In this document: piece by piece, positions 11,696-24,538 of the stretch | Numbering within the stretch: position 1 is the stretch's first letter | How the letters are laid out: each line of letters begins with the position of its first letter | Assembly (NCBI GenBank): GCA_965153455.1 | Contig: OZ234493.1 | Coordinates: forward strand, 21,442,213 to 21,506,212 | Length of the DNA stretch: 64,000 nucleotides | Direction of reading: 5' to 3' | From: Sphagnum compactum | Taxonomy: Eukaryota | Program-made: the position numbers and the translations under genes | The notes under the pieces: generated by a model | What the model was told of the DNA's origin: nothing | What the model saw: the letters and a program-made list of their open reading frames with translations, nothing else | Databases searched by the model: none

Positions 11696-11899
11696 CTACG
11701 GAGAAGGCCAGCGTATAAGGAATATGTCCAGGATGAAAAGAAACTCACCCAATTCGACGCTATTGGATCTCGTCCTCCACGTTTGGATCCCGCCCCCTTG
11801 TAGGGCTCGATTTCCGAGCAGTCCTTCAGCAGAACGAAAGAGAGTCAAGCAACAAATTTGGATTCCCCGACCAACAAACTCAAGAATCTTTTCCTTCGT
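11696..11899 (-). promoter_or_regulatory. Candidate non-AUG (ACG-initiated) upstream ORF, 67 aa, in the KFB leader
   Basis: accACGaag at 11899 opens (M)KEKILEFVGRGIQICCLTLFRSAEGLLGNRALQGGGIQTWRTRSNSVELGEFLFILDIFLIRWPSP*, which stops 82 nt before the main ATG. The minus strand has no ATG between 11614 and 12162. Confidence 0.55.
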
Positions 11900-12101
11900 G
11901 GTACAGCTTCAAACGCGAGGGAATACTCGATGAATCCGTGAATAACGGTTTCGAGAAAGATTCCCCTCGACGCCGTATAAGCCTTCAAAATTACGCAAGT
12001 GAGCAAGAAATTTCGTATGTTTTGTTTCCCTGAACAACGAGCTCGCGACGAGCTTAAGCTTTCTCCTTTCGAGCTAGAAACTTCAAACGCAAGTGGATTA
12101 G

Positions 12102-12108
12102 TTTATAG
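12102..12108 (-). promoter_or_regulatory. Putative TATA box of the F-box/Kelch gene
   Basis: The minus strand reads ctcTATAAAc after a CT-rich stretch, implying a TSS near 12075 and a ~460-nt leader. A TGACG motif lies at ~12160-12164. Confidence 0.5.
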
Positions 12109-12619
12109 AGAGAAAGTTTTCTAGAGAGACCCTGGTGTGTAGGGAGAAGATTAAGTTGGCGTCATCAAGCTGGCGTACACAAATACATCAAAGCACAACC
12201 TCGTGGTAGGCGTAGGCACGACATGGGGGGATGAACTTGTTGCCACGGCAACGCTGCTTGGCCTCCTCCGCCGAAGAGCCAGTCTATCACGTTGCGCTCG
12301 TTTCTAGTTTCTACCCGACGTAAACCGCGTAAAGCTACAAATGGGCCACCAAAAACACAGGTCCTCATCGGAGCCGTCTTTTAACAAGGAATACATGGGT
12401 GAGTGGGCGTCAAATGAGAGAGCGACACATAATCAAATCTATGTTCATTTCCGCCTCTATTAGCCAACAAGAAGATGGCATACCGTCCGCATAGGATGTA
12501 TCGGTGGGCCAAGGGGTACTCCTGAGGCCTTCCTTAATTTGAGGGCTGTAGTTTGAAGTTGTAGGTACCAAAATTAGGGCCAAAATGAAACCTGCACCCA
12601 CCAATGCAACAGTCACGAA

Positions 12620-12920
12620 GGATGGATGCTATGTGGACGAGAAACAATTTTTCATTCTATTTGTTGTGCCCTGTAGCTTTAAACCATTGTGGTTACCTAT
12701 GCACGAACCATCCACATGCATCTACCAACTTAGTAGCCACCAAATGTCTTACCTACTTATATACATACACACATACATACATACATACATACATACATAC
12801 ACCATAACCATGTATATTACTGTCCAGGATGGATGCTATGTGGATAGGAATTAACACCTTTTCACTAACCATCGACATGCGTCTACCCTAGTAGTCACCA
12901 AATGTCTTGCCTACCTACCA
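12620..12920. repeat. Imperfect ~205-bp tandem duplication containing a (TACA)n microsatellite
   Basis: ggatggatgctatgtgga occurs at ~12620 and ~12827, and cat(c/g)...catgc.tctacc...tagtag.caccaaatgtctt is repeated. (TACA)n spans 12761-12800. Confidence 0.75.
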
Positions 12921-14477
12921 GGTCATACATACTAACCCTTAGGTCATCTCCCTACTGAACTATGATATTTGCCCATGTACCATATGTAGTTATTTAGATA
13001 ATGTGAGGGGGAAGTTGGAGGCTTTACAAGATATTTGCCAGGGTGGAGGGTAACCACGCCCATCCCTAGACATAGGCCTCCCTATGGTACCAAACCTAGC
13101 TAAGCAATGGGCATGCATGTGCTAACCAATGTTTTTAAAATGCCTATGACCAAACACCCGGTCTTGAAATTTTATATTTGGTTTTCTTTTTCATGTCATG
13201 TCAAAATTAGATATTCAGGTGAGGATGAGGGCCAATTTTTTTATAATTCAAACCACCCTTATGTGGCTATGTTTTGGTGATGGTATTTTGGTGCATTCGG
13301 TTTTTTATTTGGCTTAGTTTTCACAATAGTATAGCAACACAAACATGGGAAGTATTTGGTTATGGGGGGATTGGATGATGCACATTAAGGTTTTTCTCAA
13401 GGTTTGGAGATGAACCCCCAAATGGCAACAATGGGAATTAAATAGGAAGAAGAAAGTTTTGAGGCATGTTCTTTAACGCTATGCACTTAAAGAAAAAGGG
13501 TGTGTGGGAACTCCAAAATGGGGATTAGAATGATTTGACAAGTTCATGAGCAAGCTAGACAATGCAATTGATTAATAGAAATAAAATTAACTTTAATTAT
13601 AGACTTGCTTTGGTTTCATGACATTCACATTGTCCAAACTTGAAAGAAAACCACCACCTTTTTTCTTATAGTGCATTATAGACTTAAATTTGTAAATTAT
13701 AATTAATTAATTAATTTTTTAGATTTTCAAATGAGAATCCTAAAATTTTCAAGTTATGAGTTTTGTGGCTTTGTGGCTTCATAATTTTTTCAAGAAAGCT
13801 TTAATTGAAAAGCTTTCAACTATGAAATTATAATCTTAGACAAAAAATTTCTAGTACCATGTTGCATGCTTCCATCAAAAGTCATTTGACCTTTATTTTT
13901 TAAATTTTAATGGTTGGGAATCAAATTGTCATTTTGGTTCTTTGTTTTTTCATTTTACCATAAATTTCAACAAATTGCTCCAAATGAAGAATGTGAGTTC
14001 ACTTTCAATATTTATGTTTCAAAAGATTTTCAACTATTAAAAATAAGGTTCAAACCTAATCATTCAAAATTTCATAATTATTTTTTGCTTGATGTTTTGT
14101 AATTACTATTTTTAAATTCATGTTTTTAAAAAAAAATGTATCACATATTGAATGTTTATAAAAATTTTTGAAATAAAATGAATTTGAATCTCCATGCAAA
14201 TTTGAAAACACATTTCATGATTTCATTTCAAAAGTCCAAATTATTATTTTTTGGTGTATATGTATTGAATTTTATCATTACATGTGCATTTTTTTATTCA
14301 AGTTGGCAATCTCAATTGATAAAAATTACATTTGATAAAGCCCTCACCCATGTCTTTTACTAAAATCATTTCACCCAAGTTCTTATTTTGGTAGAGGTCA
14401 AGGCCTTGGGCCCCTACACTTTGGTTTTGCATGCGCCCAAGACTAATTGATTACTATAATACATGAACTGTCCAATA

Positions 14478-14813
14478 TCGTAGTACCTAGATGGCTTCGC
14501 ATAAATTAAATTATTTTCAACTTTGCCATTGCCAAAATTTTCAAAAAAATTCACCCTTTCCTATCGAAGTTACCAAAAACACATTCAAGTTATCAACTAG
14601 TTTTGAATTAAGGACTTACCTAACCAAATCAATTACTTTTCATGCATTTGACCATTAACATAGCGAAATATCTTAAAAATACAATTTAATTTTATTAAAT
14701 ATATTACACATATGTCGAAATTTTTTGAATTAAAAAGGTAATTAGTGAACCAAAAATTCTGAATTATATTAATTATTTGGTAGAGAATTCTCGAAGCTAA
14801 CCAAGTACTACGA
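14478..14813. mobile_element. Tc1/mariner-type MITE (TA target-site duplication)
   Basis: TA|tcgtagtacctagatggcttcg ... cgaagctaaccaagtactacga|TA: ~22-bp imperfect TIRs around a 336-bp AT-rich noncoding interior. Confidence 0.7.
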
Positions 14814-16565
14814 TACTTAATTAATTTAGAAAAATGCATTTCAGCATATGATGTATTATTTTCCAATTCTTATGGTTTACTATGTCTATTTAGAAGCACT
14901 ATTGTTCCCACAGAAGAGAAGCTTTATGCACTTGCATCCTTTGTTATGCTCCACGGTCACCATTTCCGATAAACACATGATCCTCTCCCATTACTCCATG
15001 GATATGCACCATGGAACAATGTTTTTTTCAATTTTGTAGCCTAACAATAGTTACAACTCTCCTCAAACATATTTCAACTTAATTGATGATAGTTTTGTAC
15101 ATGATTATTAAAAGTGAACTAGTAGACAAACTTGCAATGACACATTCTTCAAAAAAAAATTTAAAAAAAATAGTGATTTGTTATTGAAAAAAATGGATTT
15201 TTGTCAAAAAATGGACTTGTAATACCAAAATAATTACTAGTAATTATAAATAATAATATTAGTGTTGGGGTAATAATATGGATAAACATAGGGAATAAAA
15301 AATGAACTTCATGGGCCCTAGAAGGAATTTTTTTTATTAAGGGCATAAAGGTTGATTATGAATAATTTAGATAACTATTCCGAATTAGTAATAATGCAAG
15401 GTCAAGTATGTAGACTTGACCAAATACTAGATTCCTAATAATGTAAAACCTATCTATAGAAGGATGAAAAGTTATAAGTGGCACTTGATGATTGGTTTGA
15501 TATATGAGAAATATATGTAAATAAATGTGGTTAACTATTCATTCATTTATTTCCTTCAAGTATATAAGGGGTAGAGAGATTGGAACTTTTGAGTTCATAA
15601 TTTGCATTCAATAATTTCATGTTGTTAGTTGGATTAAAACTTGTAGAAATATCATATGTGAATATGACTCCTTGAATAAATAAAATGTGAAGATTATTGT
15701 GAATATCGTGGTGTAAACTTTATAGTCGTTTGGTGAGCGATCCCCATAAAGGATAATTTTTAGACACGTGTGATGAATTCTCTTGGGATGTAATTTTCAC
15801 ATAAATATTCGACTTTAGGCATGAAGATAGTCCTATCCCAAAAAAGTGTAAAGTCTCCTGTTGGAAATCATGTGAATTATGCAAGTGTTGTTTTGAAATA
15901 TGTTTGTTAGTTTACCCTATGTGTTAAAAGGGATTAATCAAAATTTAATTCTCATAGTTCCAAACCCCCTCCTAGGCTACAAACTCATTGCCACCTTTGG
16001 CCGTATTTCACCCTCAAAAAAAGATTGGCACAGAGGCTCACCTCTTTTCCTTCCAGTCAAAGCACTAGAGGAAGAGCTATGTGAAATCTCCTTAAAGCAG
16101 CATCATTGGACATGCCCTTGGTGGTTGGAAAGCCTTAGGTGAGTCAGATTTAATAGAATAGAGAAAGGCTTATCTTCTAGGAGGAGGTGTGTTTTTCTTT
16201 TTTGTCGAATTTTGACAATGTGATGACAAAAAAATAAATCCAATGTGAATTGCCCAAAGGGGTTTTTGGGAAAAAAAAAAATTGGGAAGTCGCCATATTT
16301 TGAGGGAAACAAAGTCAAAGTCACCAAATTAAAACAATGAGTTTGCAGTAAGTCGCCAAAACTAGGCAAGATTCCAAAATAATTTTGTCTGTTCTCTCTG
16401 AACCCTAGCCCAGTTTGGCTCGTTCCTCTTGTCAATGATCCCCAGACCACCAAGATGACAAAATTGAAAAAAAGACCCCTTTACGAGGGAGGTACGGCCA
16501 TCCAGTTTTTCTACAATCCGAAAGGCCACTTGGCCCACCCAACTTTATTATCTTCTTCCCTCTTA

Positions 16566-16781
16566 TGGTGCCTTCACACTTGATGTTAAGCCAGTGTTAA
16601 ATGAAAATCTAGGTGGTATAATATTAGGTGACACCCAGTGTTACATGGGTGATATTGTAATGTTAAGTGAATGTTAACTTAACATAAAATGTTCATGGTA
16701 AGTAGGTGTAAGTCCTAAATGACTAGCATGGTGTTAGGCCACTCAACACTAAAGTCCCTAACACCAAGTGTGAATGGACCT
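16566..16781. mobile_element. PIF/Harbinger (Tourist-like) MITE
   Basis: TTA|tggtgccttcacacttgatgttaag ... cctaacaccaagtgtgaatggacct|TTA: ~25-bp imperfect TIRs, a 3-bp TTA duplication and a length of 216 bp. Confidence 0.7.
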
Positions 16782-19694
16782 TTAAAGGGATTCCTCTTGC
16801 AAAACTCAAGATTGCGAGGTTTACAACAATGTTGGGTGTATGGTTGGGTTAGAATCATCCATTCCAGTTCCAGTTAGTAAAAACCAGCTGGAACAAGTTC
16901 TGGAACAGGAACTGGGAACTTTTAGAAACCAGACACACAAGAACTGGATTAAGTATTTTTGTAAAATAAAGACTAGAATTAGGAGCTAACCAGAGGTGGG
17001 TTACCTGGAACCATGTCTGATTTTCAGAACCAGAACTGGAATTGAAATATCTCTTTTGAAAATCCAGATTATGATTGTTCCATTTATGTGTGGAACCGGA
17101 ATCTTTCTAGTTTATTGGCCTTGCCTTCCAAGGCAAGGATATTGTGTTTAGATTCATTATAGTGTATAGTAGCTTAATGATTTTGGCCCCTAGTTAATAG
17201 GCCTATTTTTATATGAGGATTTTTGAAAGATGATATTTTGGCTTGTGTTGAAACATGAGATTAGAAATAGAGTTATAATAACTTGAATGATTTTGGTTTC
17301 TTTTAGAGGATGTTTTTGAAGATTATATGTTTGCATGGTGAAATATTTGAGTTTCCATAATTCTTCTTTTGCCTTAAGATACTTTTTAATGTAAATGGCA
17401 AGGCCACAGTGTGGCACATGCCTTGTTTTTTTAGATTAGAAGGTTTTTTTGTAAATGTAAAGAACCACTCACCACTGGTCTGCAACAAATTTTGTTAATC
17501 TTAAGGGCCTGCTGACTTTCAGTAAGTGGAGCTCATCTACTTTTGGATGTAGCACTAAAGACGAGTTTGGCAAAATACATAACAATGGTGTGTTGCTTCT
17601 AGGCTTTACCCCTACCTCAAAGGGCAGGTTTGGCCATAATTAATTGTTTTGGCAAGTGCCTAATAATATGCATTTCACTACATTTAAAACATATCTAATT
17701 TTTTGAACAATAACAAGTGAAAGTGCCTAATTTTTTGCTCATTTCATTAAAAACTCAAAGGAATTCAAGAAAGTGCTAAGAAATATGGAAGAAATTTTGC
17801 ACTTAGGGAGGCTGATTTGTGTATGATGATTTTATTGTTCTTTTGCAAATAAGACCTTTGTCATCATGGGCACGGACATATTCTACACGGAGTTCTGTCA
17901 AGGTCTATTCCTTTGGGCAGCAATTGACAAACTAGTTTCACCTATACATGTACTCCACAATATAAATTGCATGCAAAAGCTCCAACCCAACAAAAGATCA
18001 TATACCATAGATATATGTGCATATATATGAATTAGAAGAGGTGACAAACTGAGAGAGCAAAGACAGCGTGTGTACCTCTGACTTACAATATTGAGTGGAA
18101 GAACAAAGCCATTTCTGAAAGGAGAGGAAGGTGGGTATGGTGGGCTGGAGAGGGTGTGATGGGTTGGCAGTTGGGACACTACTCTGCACAGCATGCCCAA
18201 GCCCCAACAAATGCCTAATGATAAAAGAATTGAATTTTTTGGGCCGCCAAACCCTGAAAAGATGTAATCTCCATGCCTTAATTCGTTGGCACAATTTCAT
18301 TATATAATTATTCAGACATTTGTTGATTCTGGCCTTGAGGTCAGGTAGTCTGGCTTCATGCGTCATACATTGGTCACTATGGAAACGCTTGGAAATTGCA
18401 TCAAACATTTGTCATTCTTGCACCCTATGGTCATAATAGAATGTGGAGGGCTTCGAGGCAGCAAGGCTAGTGTGGTTTCATGCGTCATCTTCAATTTGTA
18501 TTTGCTCCCCAATTTCATAAAACTGGGGCTCCAGTTTCAGGTACTTTTTAGGTAACTTCCTATATAAGAATCTCAGAAACTTCTTTTGTGTGGAGATTTT
18601 TCAATATTTCTGACCGAAAATCAGAAAATCTATTTAAAAAACTTGTTGTATGTGGGTTTCTCAGCAAAAAATTGCCACTTTTGTGAAACAAAGATTCGAT
18701 TATTCAAAAAAACTATGAGCCCAAATTCCTAAGCCTCAATATTTTTATCTAAACGATTTTAATAAGGAGCTCCATGTGTTTTCCTTCCAATCTCAAAGAG
18801 AATATATTTGAATTAAAAATATCACAAGCTTCAACTTTAGAATAGAAATACAATGCAATAGTGGGTCGAGGAAAGAGTTTCAAACAAAAAGCCAGATAAG
18901 GAATTTCCTATGAAAATGAAGAGAAACCGTGTGACACAGGATAGGGGAACCAAACCTCTGTGTTGCCTTGCTACCTCAAAGCTCTCCACATTCTATTACC
19001 ACCAAAGCATTCCAGAATGACATATGTTGGTTCCACTTTCGGTTTTGACAGTTTTTTGCTTGTACATAACATGAATCAACAGAGCGGAACCCAGGTTACA
19101 TCTGGAGCAGGCCAGGCACAACCCATAACCACCTAACGGATCAGTTGCTTACCCTCCCAAGTCGTCAGTTGTGACGCTCCTGGGTGGAACTGACAACAGA
19201 ACATAGTAACATAAAAGAACACGAGGTCTACATTGAACATGTCATGGAACATATTTTGAATCATAATTGTGCAACTCATGTTGGCTTCTAGAATCTGGAA
19301 CCCCCCTCAGTTCCATGATGATAAATCTTTCTTTACATGGGTTCAGCTCTCTAGGCAATCAAGAAATACTTTCTCGAAAATTGAATAGGTAGATAGGGAT
19401 GTGTTATTTAGTCATGCGACAATACTAGTGTAACATAATTTGTAATATTAGGGTTGTGTGTAGAATATGTGTGAACCCTAAACCAAACCAAAACATGGGA
19501 CGTTTCATAATTTAAAGAACTTGCTTCAGAACCACACCCCCAGTTCCATCAGATAAAAAAATATTTAGATGAAAGTAAAACCCAAGGCTTCTTTCAGAAT
19601 TAAAACCAGGAACCAAGTGACATCCGGTTATAAGATGTCAGGACTTGGATGGTAGAATTTAGAACCAGGAACCAAAAGCAGCATCAGGTGCAAC

Positions 19695-22600
19695 GGCTGG
19701 AGTGAACCAGCAGCCACCAATGCACCAGTTCAGGATGAGGCTGTTCAAGCCGTTTTGGGAATGAACCAAAAACACATCCTTTTCCCCTGCCCAGAGATTT
19801 TTCAGCCCCCTTCTCTGCCCCAACATTTTCCCCTCCTACCTACTTGCCCCCCTCCTATCTACCTCCCCCACCTCATTTCTTACTCACTCCATCTCCAAAG
19901 CTCGGGAGAGCTCCCGAGCTTGAGTAGCATAGAGCTTTGAGGAGACGTAGACACAAGGCTTGAGGAAGGTGGAGAGCTCAATGTTGAAGGAATGTGGAGA
20001 GGAGAAAGCAACAGGAGCATTTTATCCCAAATGCAGAAGTGAGAGAAAAAAGGTAAGCTCCCTCCTTTCTCTGCATTTTTTTTTTTCTCTATGGCTTTTA
20101 TTTTCTTTGTGTTTTTTTTTTTCTTATGTTTGAGAAGAAGAAGATGCCAAGAAAAAGCGCTTGAAATGAAAGGGCACAAGTAGGAGGGCAAAAGCGAAAA
20201 GGGCAAAGCAGGAGCTTAAAGGTAAGCTCCCTCCCTTCTTTACATTTTTTTTCTTCTCTATGGTTTTTCTTTTCTTTGTGTTTTTTTTCTTTTCTTTTGC
20301 TTGAGAAGAAGAAAATGCAAGAGAAAAACGCTTGAAACGGAAGTGCAAAAGCGGGAAGGCAGAAGTAGGAGCCAAAATGAGAGGGCAGAGCGAGAGCTTG
20401 AAGGAAGCTCCCTCCCTTTTCTACATATTTTTTCTTCTTTATGGTTTTTTTTGCTTTGTGTTTTTTTTTTTTTTTTCTGCTTGAGAAGAAGAAGATGTCA
20501 GGAAAAAACACTTGAAATGGAAATGCAAAAGTGGAAGGGCAGAAGCGGGAGCCAAAAGTGAAAAGGTAGAGCGAGAGCTTGAAGGTAAACTCCCTCCCTT
20601 CTCTGTATATTTTTTCTTCTCTATGGTTTTTTTTCTTTGTGATTTTTTTTCTTTTGCTTGAAAAGAAGAAGACGTCAGGAGAAAGCACTTGAAACGGAAG
20701 TGCAAAAGCGAGAAGGCAGAATGGGAGCTTGAAGCTAAGCTCCCTCCTTTCTCTTGGTTTTTTTTTTGTTGTTTTCTTGTGTGTTTTGTTTTCTTTGCGT
20801 TTGAGAAGAAGACAACGGCAATGTGCCATCGTCTTCTTCTATGGTGGTGTTGTAAAAAAATAAAAAGACGATGGCAACGCGCCGTCATCTTTTTCTTTGG
20901 TGGTGTTAAGGTTTAATTTGGTTTTTTTTTTTGTTTATAGGGTTTAGGGCACAACAAAGGAAGAGTTTATTGCAAATGCAGTTCAGGTTGAGATGCAACA
21001 CTGCCATCTGTACATTGCTCGTCATGCAACAAAGGCTGCAAATGCAGCAGCTTCTTACTGAACTAAACACAAGATTGTAAATAATGATATGGTTTAGGGT
21101 TTCCACTTTATATAGTCAGATAAGTTTTTTCAACCCTTTCATTTTTTGGACTACCCAACTTTTGAACTTTGGTCCTTTGATATATTATAGAAAACCTTCT
21201 GTTCATTACGTTTTTTAGCATTTTTTGATCCACCCATATTGGTACATCTTTTATCAATATAATATTTTCCTCTAGTCACACTTGTTTGATGAGTATATGG
21301 TTAATTATATATGTCTTCTTTTTCATAATCTTCTTAATATTTTAGATGTAAGAATCAAAACTTAAATAGGCTCATATGAATATGTAACATTAATTTGTCT
21401 AAGGTTTACAAAAATCAAAATGAACATTGTGCAATACCTACATCCTTTCTATTATAAATTTCATAAGGCCATTTCAAATATGCAATACCCACATGTAGGT
21501 TTGTAAATAGTTGTTGGTTTTTTTACATCCATTGCAATACCTGCATGTAGTTCTTGTAAATAGTTGGTGGTTTTTTTTACATCCATTGTAATATAAGTCT
21601 AGTAGTTGATTTTTTTAACATCCATTACAGTACCCGCATATAGGTCCATAAATAGTTGTTAATTTTTAACATTTTTTACCATACTTACATGTAGGTTGCA
21701 ATATTTATGGGACTCATATGACAGAATAATTTAGTCTAAGTATTAACAAATAATGTCATAATTAAGGAATTACTAAACATTTATTTTAGATAATGTAAAT
21801 GATTGATTATCATATTTAAACAATCATCTATTTCTTAATATTAATTAATTGATTATTTGGTTGAACCTTAATTATTTAAATAATTAAAATTTAGATCTAA
21901 AAATCAAATCAATAATTTGATATTTAATTTATTATCTTAATTAGATTTTTATGTTGATAAGTTATTGAAATCATTATTTTAAACAATTACTCATGATAAT
22001 TAATTGTCATAAAATTAATTTAGGTATATAAAGAGACATATTTTGGGTACCCAAACCACTTACTTTGAAGTGACCTTACATGTGGGTATTGCATTTAGGG
22101 TTGATTATTCTCTTAAGGTTGTCTAAATCACCTATGGATTATTTCAAAATCAAATTGCATGCAGGTATTGCATAAAGCTTTGGTTTTCATTGAAAGGCCA
22201 CCGAAACTACATACTAGTTATTTCAAAATGACCTTACATGTGGGTATGGCATTTAGGGTTGGGTCTACACCTCAAGTTTACTTAAATCACTTAAGGTTTT
22301 TATCAAAATGAATTTGAATATGGGTATTGCATTTAGGGAAACGTAAAAAATATATATATATTTTACCATTTGGTAATATTTCCAAGTTAAGTTCTTTCAC
22401 TTTCTTTAAAAAAATATAAAATGACATTGCATTATTTTACATATGTTTAAGCCCTAAAAATTCCTGGCCAAAATGCACCCTAGATTTATTTTAATTATTA
22501 GACTTGTAAAAAAAATGTTAATTAATTTATATGTCCTAAACCATAATTTTAACATTAAGTAGTAGATTTTACATTAAACCCTAACCCCTGTATTATCAAT

Positions 22601-24538
22601 GTGACCAATTTTACATTATGTTCATTTTTATATACGTTAAATCATATTATAGGTGAATAAATAATTTTGAAAACATGAATTTCATGATGTATTGGCAGGG
22701 AATCAAATATTTTAAAAATAATTTTATGTTTCATGGTTAATGAATTATCACAATATGATATGAGTATTGCATTTAAACAAAAGCGGGTTAAAAAATATTG
22801 AACTTTAACAACTATGGAACATATGGAAACAAAGGAGATTTATAATTATGTTATAGATATAAATAAGTGATAAAATAAAAAACCAATACAATGAACAAAG
22901 TCTACAATATAAACTTTAAGCCTTGATATATATGAACCAAATTCCTAAACATTAAATCATAAGGCATAACCCTAAAAATCCAAATGATATTTTTCCATAA
23001 GCCTTATTACAACCCTAATTATACAAACCATAACAAAATAATTATTAATGATACATGCCCTAAACCCAAAAAACTATACAAAGTATATAAATTATAATGC
23101 AAAACAAAAAAAAAATTTAAAAACATAAGAAAAAAAATTTAAACCAAAATTTAAAGCTTTTAAACTACAAAGATTTACTAATCGAAAAAAAACCTTAATC
23201 TTAAAAAACAATCAAATAAATTTTGTAAAAAACCAAAAGAAAAGATATGTCTCTTACCTTTGTGTGATCTCTCCAAACTAATTTTTTTTGCTCTCTTTGA
23301 AAAAGATATAGAATGAAATTGTATTACTTCACATATGTTTAAACCCTAAAATTTAGCCTAGTTTAAGTTAATTATTATAGATTTGTGAAAAACTTGCTAA
23401 CTAATTTATGTGTCCCAACTTTAAACCTAAATCGTAATATGATAGTACATACTTATAATAATTACACAAAAAGATGTATTTTAATGTCCATTCCATAAAT
23501 AAATTAGGTAAAAAAAATTAGTAAAGTATGAATTAAATCAAAATGGCTGCAATTATAACATTGTTTCCACTATAATTGTTTGTAATACCTACGTATGGGA
23601 CCTATGTTCATCATCCATGAACTAGGGCGAACCTTAATAAATTAATAGGTAGGATTGGGGGGTTGAGGGGTTGGGAAAAGTGAATAGGTAATTAGTTAAG
23701 TATTTGGCTATATCAAAAACATAGGTAGGTAGGTGAACATAGTGGTAAGTAGCAAGGTGGGTGCATAGGTAAGTAAGTATATATAAGTAGGTAGTTGGGT
23801 TAGTAGGCAAGTTAATAAATAGAAAGGCAGTTCAAAGAATAAGGTAGATAGGTTATAGAATAGGTAGGTAAGCAGGTATATAGGTAGGTAGTTGGGTTAG
23901 TAAGCAAGTTAGTAAGTAGAAAGGAAGTTCAAGGAACAAGGTAGATAGGTTACTAAAGTAGGTAGGCATGTAGGTAAGCAAAAGTTAGTAGGTAGAAAGA
24001 AAGTTACACTAACAAGGTAGCTAGGTAGATAGGCAAGTTAATACATAGGAAACAAGTTACCTTATCAAGGTGACTAAGTTTGTAGAGTATTTATGTCAAT
24101 AGAGTGGTTGTGTATATATGGTTGCTAAATAGTAATGTAGTTAGGTCAATAGGGTTGGTAATTAATACAATGATTAGGTCAGTAGGGTATATAGTTAACA
24201 AGGTAGCTAGGTTAGTAAAATAAATAGTTAGTATAGTAGTTATGTCAGTAGGATAACTAGTTATTAAGGTAGCTATGTCATTAGGGGATAATTAGTAAGG
24301 TACCAAGGTTGGTACAATATTTATGAGTGTAGGAAGGTGAGCAGGGTAACTATGTGTGAGGTCAGGTCCAGGAAAAAACAACAAAGAACAAACCAAAAAA
24401 AAAGAAAAAGTACAGTGATCAGCAGCGAAAAGAAATGGACTATGATGAACCCCAAATGACGCCAAATGAAAAAACGCAGCCCATCCAGTGGACAGAACGG
24501 CCAACTGGTGCATTGGTGGCTGCTGGTTCACTCTGGCC
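19695..24538. mobile_element. Non-autonomous Mutator-like element (MULE), 4.84 kb
   Basis: TIRs ggctggagtgaaccagcagccaccaatgcaccagtt (19695-19730) and its inverse at 24503-24538 match at 34/36. The flanking 9-bp duplication is aggtgcaac (19686-19694) / agttgcaac (24539-24547). No transposase ORF was seen inside. Confidence 0.85.
20040..20820. repeat. Tandem array of ~150-185 bp units inside the MULE
   Basis: aa(g/a)ctccctcc.tt anchors occur at ~20056, 20225, 20405, 20587 and 20737, followed by poly-T tracts and ttgagaagaaga. This array explains the K/F-rich pseudo-ORFs in the track. Confidence 0.9.

Noticed and set aside
19880-20916. Long K/F/S-rich ORFs, up to 243 aa
   Set aside because: Artefacts of the poly-A/T tandem array inside the MULE.
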